Shown here one piece after another: positions 1-10,600 of a stretch of 64,000 nucleotides of DNA (position 1 is its first letter; each line of letters starts with the position of its first letter). The notes under the pieces are model-generated. The model saw nothing but the letters and a program-made list of their open reading frames with translations. It had not been told where the DNA came from and did not search any database. Both the position numbers and the translations under genes were made by a program. Source of the DNA: Pelagomonas calceolata (taxonomy: Eukaryota); assembly GCA_918797485.1 (NCBI GenBank), contig CAKKNE010000006.1, positions 1,984,001 to 2,048,000 of the forward strand. Direction: 5' to 3'.

Positions 1-261
1 TTGCGCTGGGCGGCAGAAAGGACGGACGACATGCCCGAGAATCGCCCCGTCGGGATTTCATTAACGTCCGGTCCGTCGTCGAACTGGCGGGTGTTCATCG
101 CGCGCACGCATCTCGGCTGCTATCCCTCCGCGGCCCAAGCGTGGGCCGCGTACCCGAAGGCTACTGCCGACGACGACTCCGAGTCCGACAACAACTCGAT
201 CACGCTCGACCAGATGCGCGAGAACGCGATGCTGCCGCCGGCGAAGCGGCATCGCTCGTGA
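1..261 (+). CDS. 3' end of a gene entering from the left edge; possible AP2-like DNA-binding motif
   Basis: Frame is open from base 1 to TGA 259-261. WRVFIARTHLGCYPSAAQAWAAY loosely resembles the AP2 W.A.I...LG.F.T..EAA.AY pattern. Basic C-terminus PAKRHRS is NLS-like. Confidence 0.35.
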   Translation: MRWAAERTDDMPENRPVGISLTSGPSSNWRVFIARTHLGCYPSAAQAWAAYPKATADDDSESDNNSITLDQMRENAMLPPAKRHRS

Positions 262-452
262 TAAGTGTGCTATTTGTTAGCTTGCCTCCCAGAGACGAGA
301 GAGAGAGTAGCTTGTGCCTCCTTGGCGGAGACTTGACTACAACTGTAGCCATAGCGGCTACGCATCCGTACGCGGGGCATTGCGACTTATCTGCTCCGCA
401 GCCAACAACCCAAGCTTGACCCTTTGCAGAGAGAGGACGCCACAGCTGCAAC

Positions 453-1304
453 ATGCGTCTCCTTGCAGTGCTGAGCACGGCGGCGGCGCTGGTGGCGCCG
501 CCGGCCCGCGTGGCGCGGGGCCGGACCTGCGCGCTCGCGGCCGAGCGGGGCCACGAGCGGCGGCGGCGGCCCGAACTGAGGGCGGCCGCGGCGGCCGCGT
601 CGCTCGCGGCGCTGCTGCCGGCGGCGGCGCACGCGGCGGATTTATCGACCATGGCGGCGCCGCTCGACTCGACGTTCCTGCAGTCGACGTCGCTCGTCTT
701 CCTGTCGGAGATCGGCGACAAGACCTTCTTCATCGCGTCGATCTTGGCGGCGAAGGCGAGCCGGCTCGTCACGTTCGTCGGCAGCTTCGGGGCGCTCGTC
801 GTCATGACGGTCATTTCGGTACTGATCGGCCAGGTCTTCCACCAGGTGCCGGACTCGTTCACGGGCGGCCTGCCCATCGACGACTACGTCGCGATCGCCT
901 CCTTCGTCTACTTTGGCGCCAAGTCCATCAGCGACGCGCTGGGCAACGAGGACGCGGGCGCAGGCATGGCCGAGGAGTTGGACGAGGCGGAGCAGGTCCT
1001 CGCCGAGGGTGACGTGCTCGAGAAGACGCGCGGGAAGGCCCTGAGGCTCGCGGGCGAGGCCTTCGCGCTGACGGTGGCGGCGGAGGTCGGCGACCGGTCG
1101 CAGCTCGCGACGATCGCCCTGTCGGCGGCGCAGAACCCCTACCTGGTGTGCGCGGGCGCGTGCTTCGGCCACGGCCTCGCGACGGGCATCGCCGTCGTCG
1201 GGGGCGCGTTCATCTCCAAGTACACGAACGAAAGGACCGTGGGCCTGGTGGGCGGCGTCCTCTTCCTGGTGTTCGCGGCGACGACGGCGCTCGGGACCTT
1301 CTAA
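453..1304 (+). CDS. GDT1: GDT1/TMEM165 (UPF0016) Ca2+/Mn2+ transporter, probably plastid-targeted (PAM71-like)
   Basis: Two family motifs, EIGDKT and EVGDRSQ, with hydrophobic helices and an acidic central loop. N-terminal signal peptide is followed by an Arg/Ala-rich transit-like segment. Confidence 0.9.
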   Translation: MRLLAVLSTAAALVAPPARVARGRTCALAAERGHERRRRPELRAAAAAASLAALLPAAAHAADLSTMAAPLDSTFLQSTSLVFLSEIGDKTFFIASILAAKASRLVTFVGSFGALVVMTVISVLIGQVFHQVPDSFTGGLPIDDYVAIASFVYFGAKSISDALGNEDAGAGMAEELDEAEQVLAEGDVLEKTRGKALRLAGEAFALTVAAEVGDRSQLATIALSAAQNPYLVCAGACFGHGLATGIAVVGGAFISKYTNERTVGLVGGVLFLVFAATTALGTF

Positions 1305-1327
1305 TATTTAGTATTATCCGGAAGCAC

Positions 1328-3754
1328 TTACTCGAACATGGCCTCGTCGCCGTCGTCGTCGAACGAGAACGCCTTGGCCGGCTCGCCGTCGACGGCGTCG
1401 GCCGATACCTTTTGCTTGGCCGCGTAGGCGTCGTACTTGGCGAGGTCCGCGTCCGTGACGGAGCGCCGCGCCGTGGCCATGGCCTCCTCGAAGTGTTTGG
1501 TGGAGACGGCCGTCGGGCCCTCTACTCCTTCCGCCGCCGCGTGCACGGCGTCCCGGATCGCGCAGCGCGCGGCCCGCTTCGCGACCTCGGCGCAGTCCGC
1601 GCCCGAGAAGCCCGGCGTGCACCTTGCTAACAAATCAAGGTCCACCTCATCAGAAACGGGCGAGTTCCGGAGCGCCGCGCGGAAGACCGCCGCGCGCGAC
1701 GCCTCGTCGGGCAGCGGGATATACACTAAAGTATCTAAGCGTCCCGGCCGCGTGATCGCCGCGTCCAAAACCTCCGGTCTATTGGTCGCGCCGATGACGA
1801 AGACGTCCTTCCGCGCGCCGACGCCGTCGATCTCCGTCAGGATCTGGTTGATGACGCGGTCGCCGGCCTCGGACGCGCCGCCCTGGCCCGAGCCGCGCTG
1901 CTTCGCGATGGCGTCGATCTCGTCGAAGAAGAGGATGCAGGGCGCCGACGCGCGCGCCTTCTCGAAGAGCGCGCGGACGTTCGCCTCGCTCTCGCCGAAC
2001 CACATCGTGAGGAGCTCGGGGCCCTTGATGCTCACGAAGTTCGCGCCGCACTCGTGGGCCACCGCCTGGGCCAGGAGCGTCTTGCCGCAGCCCGGCGGGC
2101 CGTAAAACAAAACGCCCTTGGACGGGGGCAGCCCCACGGCCTTGAACTTCGCCGCGTGCTCGACGGGGTACTGCACCGTCTCGTGGAGCTCCCGCTTCAC
2201 GTCTTCGAGCCCGCCGACGTCGGCCCACGACGCCTTCGGGATCGAGGCGGCCGTCTCCCGTAACGCCGACGGGTTCACCCTGTCTAAAGCTTTCGTGAAG
2301 TGCTCCATTTTGACCTTTCTGGACGCACCTTCGTCCGCGTAGCCGCAGAGGAGTTGCGTCCGCGCGTCCGACCCCGCCGGGAAGTGCTCGCGCACCGTCT
2401 CGTAGGCAGCCTCGAGGCATAACTGCGCGACGTCCGCACCGACGAAGCCGTGCGTGTCCCGCGCTAGCCTCTCCAGGTCCACGTCGTCATCCAAGGCCAC
2501 GTCCCGCGTGCGCACCCTCAGAATATCCAACCTCGCGTCGGCGTCGGGCGCCCCGACGTCGACCTCCTTGTCCAACCTCCCATATCTCCGCAACATGGGA
2601 TTCACCGAGTTCGGCCGATTCGTCGCCGCCATGACGATCACCGCCGCGTTCGCGTGGTCCCGTTCGAGTTCGTCCAGAAGGTCGCACAGCGTCCGCACCA
2701 CGCGCTTCTCCTCGGCGCCGCCGCCGCCGCCCTTGTCCCGCCGCGGCGCGATCGCGTCGACCTCGTCGAGAAAGACGATCGCCGGCGCGTGCGCCCTCGC
2801 TTGATCGAAGGCCTTCCGCAGGTTCGCCTCGGCCTCGCCGGGCTGCTTGCTCAGGATCTCCGCGCCGTTGATCAAAAAGAAAAACGCCCCGGTCTCTCGC
2901 GCCACGGCTCTCGCCAAACTAGTCTTGCCGCAGCCCGGCGCGCCGTGCAGCAAAACCCCCCTCGGCGGCGCGACGCCGACCGCCTCGAAGAACTCCGGGC
3001 GCTTCAGCGGCGCCTCCACCAACTCCCGGACCGTCGCCACGGCCTTGTCGATACCCCCAAGATCGTCGTAGCCAATCTCGTCGACTTCCTGACTCCGTAG
3101 TAACCGCTCCTCCTCTATAATAATCTCGCACCCGCCCTCGGGCACGACGCCGCCCTTATCGTCCGACGCCGTCAGGGCCGTGTCCACGTCAATCACCTTG
3201 AATTCGACGCCGTTCGCCTCGATCCGGTCGCCCGCTCTTAATGGAACGTTGCCTCGCTCCAATCGCGGCGCGAGGCACTTTTCGACCAATTCCTGGTCGG
3301 AGACGTCGCTTTTGAACCCCGCGGCCGCCAGCGAGTCGAGGAAGGCCGCGACATACACGTGCGTCGCCGCCGCGACGCCTTCGGAGGGAGGCGTCACCGT
3401 GACGACTCCTCCCACTCTTACCGCGGCGTTCTGCCGCGCTAATCTACCTAACGCACAAGCGTCTCCATCCTCCTCGCGCTGCTTCACGACACACAGCGTG
3501 TGCGCGCCCTTGGCGCCGCTCACCTCCACCACATCTCCTTCAAAAACGCCGCACGCGTCCATCTGGCCCTCGGGCAGCTCGATGCCGCTCGCGTCGAAGT
3601 CCGCGGCGTCCTCGACGGCCGCGTCGACCTCCAATCTTATCGAGGCCGGCTCGTCCTCCTCGACGGTCTTCTTCGCGCCTCCCCTACTCGCGAGCCAGCG
3701 CGTCGGCGGCCGCGCCGCCGCGGCGGCGGCGACAACCAGCCAGAGTCCGCGCAT
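1328..3754 (-). CDS. CDC48: CDC48/p97 AAA+ ATPase with N-terminal signal peptide (candidate periplastid/SELMA Cdc48)
   Basis: N domain, D1 (GYDDLGG, GAPGCGKT, IVFLDEVD) and D2 (WADVGGLE, GPPGCGKT, FFDEID, RPGRLD). Leader MRGLWLVVAAAAAA-RPPTRWLASRGG. Confidence 0.93.
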   Translation of the reverse strand: MRGLWLVVAAAAAARPPTRWLASRGGAKKTVEEDEPASIRLEVDAAVEDAADFDASGIELPEGQMDACGVFEGDVVEVSGAKGAHTLCVVKQREEDGDACALGRLARQNAAVRVGGVVTVTPPSEGVAAATHVYVAAFLDSLAAAGFKSDVSDQELVEKCLAPRLERGNVPLRAGDRIEANGVEFKVIDVDTALTASDDKGGVVPEGGCEIIIEEERLLRSQEVDEIGYDDLGGIDKAVATVRELVEAPLKRPEFFEAVGVAPPRGVLLHGAPGCGKTSLARAVARETGAFFFLINGAEILSKQPGEAEANLRKAFDQARAHAPAIVFLDEVDAIAPRRDKGGGGGAEEKRVVRTLCDLLDELERDHANAAVIVMAATNRPNSVNPMLRRYGRLDKEVDVGAPDADARLDILRVRTRDVALDDDVDLERLARDTHGFVGADVAQLCLEAAYETVREHFPAGSDARTQLLCGYADEGASRKVKMEHFTKALDRVNPSALRETAASIPKASWADVGGLEDVKRELHETVQYPVEHAAKFKAVGLPPSKGVLFYGPPGCGKTLLAQAVAHECGANFVSIKGPELLTMWFGESEANVRALFEKARASAPCILFFDEIDAIAKQRGSGQGGASEAGDRVINQILTEIDGVGARKDVFVIGATNRPEVLDAAITRPGRLDTLVYIPLPDEASRAAVFRAALRNSPVSDEVDLDLLARCTPGFSGADCAEVAKRAARCAIRDAVHAAAEGVEGPTAVSTKHFEEAMATARRSVTDADLAKYDAYAAKQKVSADAVDGEPAKAFSFDDDGDEAMFE

Positions 3755-3970
3755 GGTGTTGGATCTACCTGTTTTTGTACGGCGTCGGCGCTCTGCCGCG
3801 TAGGCTCCGCGTGGCGATATCGCCTTGCTGCTACGTCGTGTCAGCAGATACGCGAGCAGAGCGACTCGTATCAGCCTTCGCAGGCAGCGAAACTGGGCCT
3901 CGCTTCACTCTGGGCATGCAGCGAGACCTAGCTCAAGCCGCTCCTCCGCACTTCAATGGCGTCACGCAGG

Positions 3971-3991
3971 CTAGCGGCCGTAAGACACTAG
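3971..3991 (+). promoter_or_regulatory. Recurrent intergenic CTAG-bounded motif (ctagcggccgtaagacactag)
   Basis: Near-copies at 16739(-), 25242(+), 32226(-) and 38820(+). Confidence 0.55.
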
Positions 3992-4241
3992 GAAAACTGG
4001 CACCGCACAGGGCTCCGCCCACTAGTCCTAGCACCGTAACATGATGAGTACCGATGGCTATCATGGCGACGGGGCTAACTCGCGGGCTTTGGGTGTCTTC
4101 AGGGTGTCTTCAGGATGTCTCCCCACGGGCGCGCGGGCCCGTGGACGAGTCCCAGCACCGCAACAGATCGTGACTCGGACACCTAGACTCGGGCTCGTTA
4201 GACGCGCGGGGGATGTGCGGGGGATGCGCTCATAACAAGGC

Positions 4242-7133
4242 CTAGGGCGCCATCTCGCGCGGCGCCATGCCGAGGGAGTCCGTCGCGTCGGGGTCCGCGC
4301 CCTCGCGGACGAGGAGCGCGACCATGTCGGGCCGGTCGTACTCGTAGGCCCACCAGAGCGGCCCGCGGCCGTCCTCGGCCCGCAGGTGGATCAGCCCGGG
4401 CGCACGTTTCAACCATGCCTCCAACTCAGAGACCTCGCCCGAGCTCACGATCTGCCACATGAGCGTCGTATCTTCTGAGTTCGACCAGCGCGCCCACTCC
4501 TCCTTCTGGGCCTCGACGGACGCCCGCGCGCGCTCCTCGTTCTCCTTCTGCGACGCGGCGTAGGCCTCCTCGTCGACGGCCGGCACGTCGTCGTCCTCCT
4601 CGTAGTCGTCCTCGTCGACGTCGGCGACCTCGAAGTACTTCGGGGCCTCGTAGCGGCCCGCCGACGACGCGGCCCGGCCCTCCATGCGCGCCATGTACTG
4701 CGCGACGTACGCGTCGGCGTCGCCCCCGCGCTGCTTGTTGAAGTCCTCGAGCTGCGCGAAGTCGATGCGCCTCGAGATCAGCTCGCGCAGGGCCGGCGGG
4801 TACTGGCCGACGCAGTACCAGGACCCCGGCGCGTCGCAGATGCGGTTCGCCGGGTCGCGCGTCCACTGCTTCGAGGTCTTGGACACCTTGAGGACCTTGA
4901 AGATGCGCACCTTGTTGAAGCGCGACGTGTAGGCCTCGCGGAACAGGGTCGGGTCGGCGGCGACGCCGGGGCGCTGCTGGTGCGAGTGGAGCTTGTATAG
5001 TAAAGATTCGGCCATCATGGGCGTGGGCGTGCCCTGCCTATCGGTAAAGCCGAAGGATCTACAGGTAGGGTCGTCGGGGCAGATGTCTCTGTACACAGAA
5101 TTGCCAATCCGAGCCATATGTGGTGACTTAGCTAGGTCATCCCCACCACCACCGGTCCAGACCAAGACGTAGTCCGCGAGGTGCCGCACGATCTTGTGGG
5201 CCTGTTTTTCGGGAGAGGTCAGACACCGCCCGATCGTCGCGATGTGCTCGTGGTTCCACGTGTTGCCGTCCGCTAAGGTCGTCCTGTTAGCTAAACCGGC
5301 GATCTGATACCCATAATCCCACCAGGCCAATACCCTAGCGTCCTCGGGCGTGTTGTCCCGCAGCCACCAGTAGGCCTCCCTGTAATCATCGACGATGACC
5401 GGCTGGCCGTTCCGTAAATGGGCGCGGAACATGATGGAGGGCTGGCTCATGCCCTCGGACAGGGACCAGGCGTAGTCGCTGAACTGCTTGTAGTAGTGGA
5501 TCGACGCCGCTATTAAAGCAGCAGCTAACACCGTCCGTACGACCTTGAGCCCCGGCGCCTGCAGCGCGGTCGCGAGCGGGCTCAGAGCCTGGGCCGCGGC
5601 CTCGTAGAGGCCCTGGACGAGCTCCTCGCCGCCCTCGATCATCGAAGCGACGATGGAGCCCGCGTTGATGGACGTCGCCTTGCGCTCTCTACCTCTTCGC
5701 GCGGCGGCCGCGGCCGCGGCGCTCCGTCCCGAGATTTTTCTAGGCGGCGACTTGTCCTTCTCCACCCTGGTGGGCTTCTTCTTCGTCTTCTCCTTCTCTT
5801 GATCCTCGTCGGCGGGCCCCAGCAGCGCTTCGAGTAATGAGGGAGCGGTCGCGTCGACGGCGGCGCCGAGCGCGACGCCGGCGAGAGCCGAGGCCACGGG
5901 GCCCAGGAAGATGATCAGGCGCACCATCTTCGAGGAGAAGAAGTAGGCCACGAGCGCATAGACCGCGATGAAGCACCGCGCTTCCAATCTAAACCCTCCG
6001 CTAAAGAGGACGAAGAGCCCGACCGGGGCGGCGTAGCACGTCGTATGTAAATAGTGCCAGTAGGCGTTCGCCGACGCGGGCTGGTGCTCCGCTACTGAAT
6101 CAACGAGAGGATTGCCCGTTCTAGTGTGCTTCACAAACAAACCTCGGACCCTCGATGATATAGGGCCAAAGTAGCCGACGCTAAAGAGTAGCACTAAAAC
6201 CAGCAGCCCGGCGCCCGCCGCCGTCGCGTAGACCTTCAATCTCCTATTCCAGGCCTCGGCCTTGGACAGGGGTCTCGCTTTTTCTACTGCCTTCTCCCCG
6301 AGCATCAAAACCTGCAAACCGCCGAACGTCAATAACGGCGCGATCTGCTCCAAGCTTCTTAGGGGCCCCATGCCGACGACGGGCACGCGCGTCGCGCCCA
6401 GCGTGCCCACGACGAAGAAGAGGGAGAAGGCCCGGTGGAGCTTGTCGCCGTACCGTCCCAATAATACTAGTACGAACGCGTGTAACGCGACCAGGTTGCC
6501 GACGAAGACGAACCCGCCCCAGGCCGCCGCCATGTTCACGTAGGCCAAACCCGCGGCCGCTCCCAGCGGCCAGGAGTCGTCGTTTCTCAAGGATCGACAC
6601 CACAACAAAAAGACGAGGCACATGGCCGTCACCGCCACGGACTCGTTGTCGTAGCCGCCGCCCACACTTCGCATCAAATGGGCCGGGACGACGGCCATGA
6701 TCAATGTCGAGGCCACGGCGGCGTTCGCCGACTTGGAGCACTCGAACGTGAGCAAGCCCAGTAACAGCGTCGCTAGAACCCCGAACCAGACCGGCACGTA
6801 CACACACACGTCGTTCAGCGACATGTCGCTCCCGACCAACCCGAGCATCCTCCAGATGAGCACGGACGTGATCTGCATGCCCGGGTAGATCGTCGTCCCT
6901 ACCGGTCGTCCGAGAGGATACCAGCTCATGTGGTCGAACCACGTGAAGAACTTGCCCCAGCCGTTCGCCGCGAGGTACTCCGTCGCCCGATAATTGAACC
7001 ACGGGTCGAACTCGTGGATGACGGGGCCGTACGTCCGGACGGCGTGCATGCGGATCTCGTACGCGTTGTGGCACGCGAGGGCCAGGAGGAGCGCCCTCAG
7101 CACATGGCCCGCGGCGCCGGCGGACTGCGCCAT
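4242..7133 (-). CDS. STT3: Oligosaccharyltransferase catalytic subunit STT3 with C-terminal ankyrin repeat
   Basis: IHEFDPWFNYR, GGYDNE, SVAEHQP and WWDYG motifs, many TM helices. C-terminal GRGPLWWAYEYDRPDMVALLVREGADPDATD is an ankyrin repeat. Confidence 0.95.
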   Translation of the reverse strand: MAQSAGAAGHVLRALLLALACHNAYEIRMHAVRTYGPVIHEFDPWFNYRATEYLAANGWGKFFTWFDHMSWYPLGRPVGTTIYPGMQITSVLIWRMLGLVGSDMSLNDVCVYVPVWFGVLATLLLGLLTFECSKSANAAVASTLIMAVVPAHLMRSVGGGYDNESVAVTAMCLVFLLWCRSLRNDDSWPLGAAAGLAYVNMAAAWGGFVFVGNLVALHAFVLVLLGRYGDKLHRAFSLFFVVGTLGATRVPVVGMGPLRSLEQIAPLLTFGGLQVLMLGEKAVEKARPLSKAEAWNRRLKVYATAAGAGLLVLVLLFSVGYFGPISSRVRGLFVKHTRTGNPLVDSVAEHQPASANAYWHYLHTTCYAAPVGLFVLFSGGFRLEARCFIAVYALVAYFFSSKMVRLIIFLGPVASALAGVALGAAVDATAPSLLEALLGPADEDQEKEKTKKKPTRVEKDKSPPRKISGRSAAAAAAARRGRERKATSINAGSIVASMIEGGEELVQGLYEAAAQALSPLATALQAPGLKVVRTVLAAALIAASIHYYKQFSDYAWSLSEGMSQPSIMFRAHLRNGQPVIVDDYREAYWWLRDNTPEDARVLAWWDYGYQIAGLANRTTLADGNTWNHEHIATIGRCLTSPEKQAHKIVRHLADYVLVWTGGGGDDLAKSPHMARIGNSVYRDICPDDPTCRSFGFTDRQGTPTPMMAESLLYKLHSHQQRPGVAADPTLFREAYTSRFNKVRIFKVLKVSKTSKQWTRDPANRICDAPGSWYCVGQYPPALRELISRRIDFAQLEDFNKQRGGDADAYVAQYMARMEGRAASSAGRYEAPKYFEVADVDEDDYEEDDDVPAVDEEAYAASQKENEERARASVEAQKEEWARWSNSEDTTLMWQIVSSGEVSELEAWLKRAPGLIHLRAEDGRGPLWWAYEYDRPDMVALLVREGADPDATDSLGMAPREMAP

Positions 7134-7687
7134 GGGTGGTGCTGCGGTCGCGCGGGATGCGCGTGCAGCTGCTGGGATGTTACAGCCTTACAGCGACGGG
7201 CTAGCGCGAGATCGCTGTGCAACCGCGGCTGCTGAGATTTTGCTGCCAGTTATCGCGCTGCCTGCTGCGTATTTTGCAGCGGCGCGCGGTAGCTAGCTGC
7301 GCTAAAAAGGCTGTCGGCCGTCTTCTCTACGAGCTTGTACAGCACAGGTACTTTTTACCGGTACTAGACAAGCAGGAGTCCTCCTTGTGGAAACAAACTT
7401 CAATGCGGGTTTCAGTACAAGAAACAGGGTGAAGAGGATTCCTTCTCGGGGGCGAATCGGATATGGCCCTCGACGATGCGGCGAGAGGCGTAAGCCCCAG
7501 CACAAATTATCGGGTGAGCTGTCGCTGGTAAAAAGTTATTGATAGCAGCAGGAATCACAGATCAGAGTTCTTATTACAGCTCCGCGCCGCTGACGCTTCG
7601 CAGGAGCTGTTTACGTGAGCAAAAAGTGCGTTGACGGCACCTTGCATTTGCTGCATTTGCTCGACGTAGCACTGCAAACGAATAACC

Positions 7688-10600
7688 ATGGCCGAGGTTA
7701 AAAAGGAGGTGCCGCGCATCCCGCGCGTCGTGTTTGACTGGGAGAAGAACTACGTCCCCCGGAAGCAGACGGAGCCGCCGCTGCCCGTGTCGAAGCCCGC
7801 GCAGCAGCACACGCCGAACCCCTACGTGTACGACGCGCTGGCGAGCCCGCGCGTGGTCGAGGCGCGCAAGAAGCGGCCCTCGTTAGAAACGTCGCAGTTC
7901 GGCGACCTGCGGACGACGTGGACGCAGCCCGCGGACCTCTACCCGCGGGGCTTCCCGTACTTCGTGCGCGGGCGCGACTCGGCGCGGTCGTACATCTCGG
8001 AGCTGTTCCAGACGCGCATCACCATGTACGACGGCGCCATGGGCACGATGATCCAGAAGCACAAGCTCGAGGAGGACGCGTTCCGCGCGGAGCGGTTCAA
8101 GGACTACGACATGCTGATCAAGGGCAACAACGACCTGCTGTCGATCACGCAGCCGCAGATCATCAAGGACATCTACAAGAAGTACCTGGTCGAGGGCGGG
8201 TCGCAGCTGATCGGCACGAACACGTTCTCGTCGACGACGATCGCCCAGGCGGACTACAAGATGGAGGACCTGGTGTACGAGCTGAACTACGACTCGGCGC
8301 GCCTGGCGCGCGAGGCCTGCGACGAGGTGACGAAGATGGACCCGACGAAGCCGCGCTTCGTCGTCGGCGCCATCGGCCCGACGAACCGGACGGCGTCCAT
8401 CTCGCCGGACGTGAACGACCCGACGGCGCGGAACTGCACGTTCGACGAGCTGGTCGAGGCGTACTACGAGCAGTGCGTCGGACTCGTGGACGGCGGCGCG
8501 GACATCCTGATCGTGGAGACGATCTTCGACACGCTGAACGCCAAGGCGGCGGTGTACGCGGTGAACGAGTTCCTGGAGGACGCGGGCATCGACATCCCGC
8601 TGTTCATCTCGGGCACGCTCGTGGACCAGAGCGGGCGGACGCTGTCGGGCCAGACGGGCGAGGGCTTCTACGCGTCGATCCGGCACGCCAAGCCCATGTG
8701 CGTCGGGCTGAACTGCGCCCTGGGCGCGTCGGCGATGGCGCCGTTCCTGAAGCGCCTGTCGGACTGCGCGGAGTGCTTCGTGCACGTGTACTCGAACGCG
8801 GGCCTGCCGAACGCGATGGGCGGCTACGACGACACGCCGGCGGACATGGCGCGCGAGAACGTGGTGTTCGCGAAGAACGGGTGGGTCAACATGATGGGCG
8901 GGTGCTGCGGCTCGACGCCGCCGCACATCAAGGCGATCTACGAGGCCTGCAAGGACTTTGCGCCGCGGCCGCTGCCGACGCTGGGCCCGCCGCAAATGTG
9001 GCTCTCGGGCCTGGAGGACTTCAAGATCGGCCCGGACACGTACAACAACTGCGGCCTGCCCTTCGTGAACGTGGGCGAGCGGTGCAACATCGCGGGGTCG
9101 CGCAAGTTCAAGCGCCTGATCATGGAGGGCAAGTACCCGGAGCTGATGGACATCGCCAAGGACCAGGTCGAGGCCGGCGCGCACGTGGTGGACATCAATG
9201 TGGACGACGGCATGCTGGACGGCCTGGCGGCCATGCAGAAGTTCGTCAAGATGGCGGTGACGGAGCCGGACGTGTCGCGCGTGCCGTTCATGATCGACTC
9301 GTCCAAGTTCGACATCGTGCTGGCGGGGCTGAAGTGGAACCAGGGCAAGGCGATCGTGAACTCCATTTCGCTGAAGGTCGGCGAGGAGTTATTCATCGAG
9401 CACGCCACTTTGTTAAGAAAGCACGGCGCGGCGGTCGTCGTGATGGCGTTCGACGAGCAGGGCCAGGCGGCGACGAAGGAGGACAAGGTTCGTATTTGTA
9501 AAAGAAGCTACGACATCCTCGTGAACGAGCCGGTCTGCTTCCCGCCCGAGGACATTATCTTCGACCCGAACATTTTGACGATCGGCACCGGCACCGAACC
9601 GCGCCCCAAGGCGCCTTCAACCGACGGATCGACCGCAGCATTTTATTCACAAACCTAGCCCGCGCGACCACGTCGGCGCCCGACGCGCGCGAGGCACCGC
9701 ACCATATACGTACATATATACATATGGTATATCGACGCAGGCATCGAGGAGCACAACGCGTACGGCGTCGACTTCATCGACGCGTGCAAGACCATCAAGG
9801 AGATCTGCCCCTGGTGCAAGATCAGTGGCGGCGTCTCGAACCTGAGCTTCGGGTTTAGGGGCGCGAACGTCATCCGCGAGAGCATCCACGCGGTTTTCTT
9901 AACTGAGGCCGCCAAGAGCTCGGGCATGGACATGGGGATTGTGAATGCGGCGGAGATGCTCGCGCTCAAGGACGTCGAGGAGGACCTCCTCGAGATGTGC
10001 ACGGACGCCGTCATGAATAGAACGGATAAGGCGACCGAGCAGCTCACGGAGATGTCCCAGTGGTTCTTCGACTGCAAGCAGGCGAAGAAGGATGGTACAC
10101 AACCGCCGCGACGGCCGCGCTTCTGCAAGAAGCAGCCGCGCGTCGTGTTTGACTGGGAGAAGAACTACGTCCCCCGGAAGCAGACGGAGCCGCCGCTGCC
10201 CGTGTCGAAGCCCGCGCAGCAGCACACGCCGAACCCCTACGTGTACGACGCGCTGGCGAGCCCGCGCGTGGTCGAGGCGCGCAAGAAGCGGCCCTCGTTA
10301 GAAACGTCGCAGTTCGGCGACCTGCGGACGACGTGGACGCAGCCCGCGGACCTCTACCCGCGGGGCTTCCCGTACTTCGTGCGCGGGCGCGACTCGGCGC
10401 GGTCGTACATCTCGGAGCTGTTCCAGACGCGCATCACCATGTACGACGGCGCCATGGGCACGATGATCCAGAAGCACAAGCTCGAGGAGGACGCGTTCCG
10501 CGCGGAGCGGTTCAAGGACTACGACATGCTGATCAAGGGCAACAACGACCTGCTGTCGATCACGCAGCCGCAGATCATCAAGGACATCTACAAGAAGTAC

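Noticed and set aside
4091..4120. 11-bp tandem repeat gggtgtcttca (~2.7 copies)
   Set aside because: Too short and has no spacers; an ordinary minisatellite, not CRISPR-like.
7688..9658. A separate truncated 656-aa MetH gene or pseudogene upstream of a full METH
   Set aside because: A frame-preserving intron links it to a diverged but intact folate-domain tail and on into the second module, with no intergenic space. Retained only as a possible intron-retention product.
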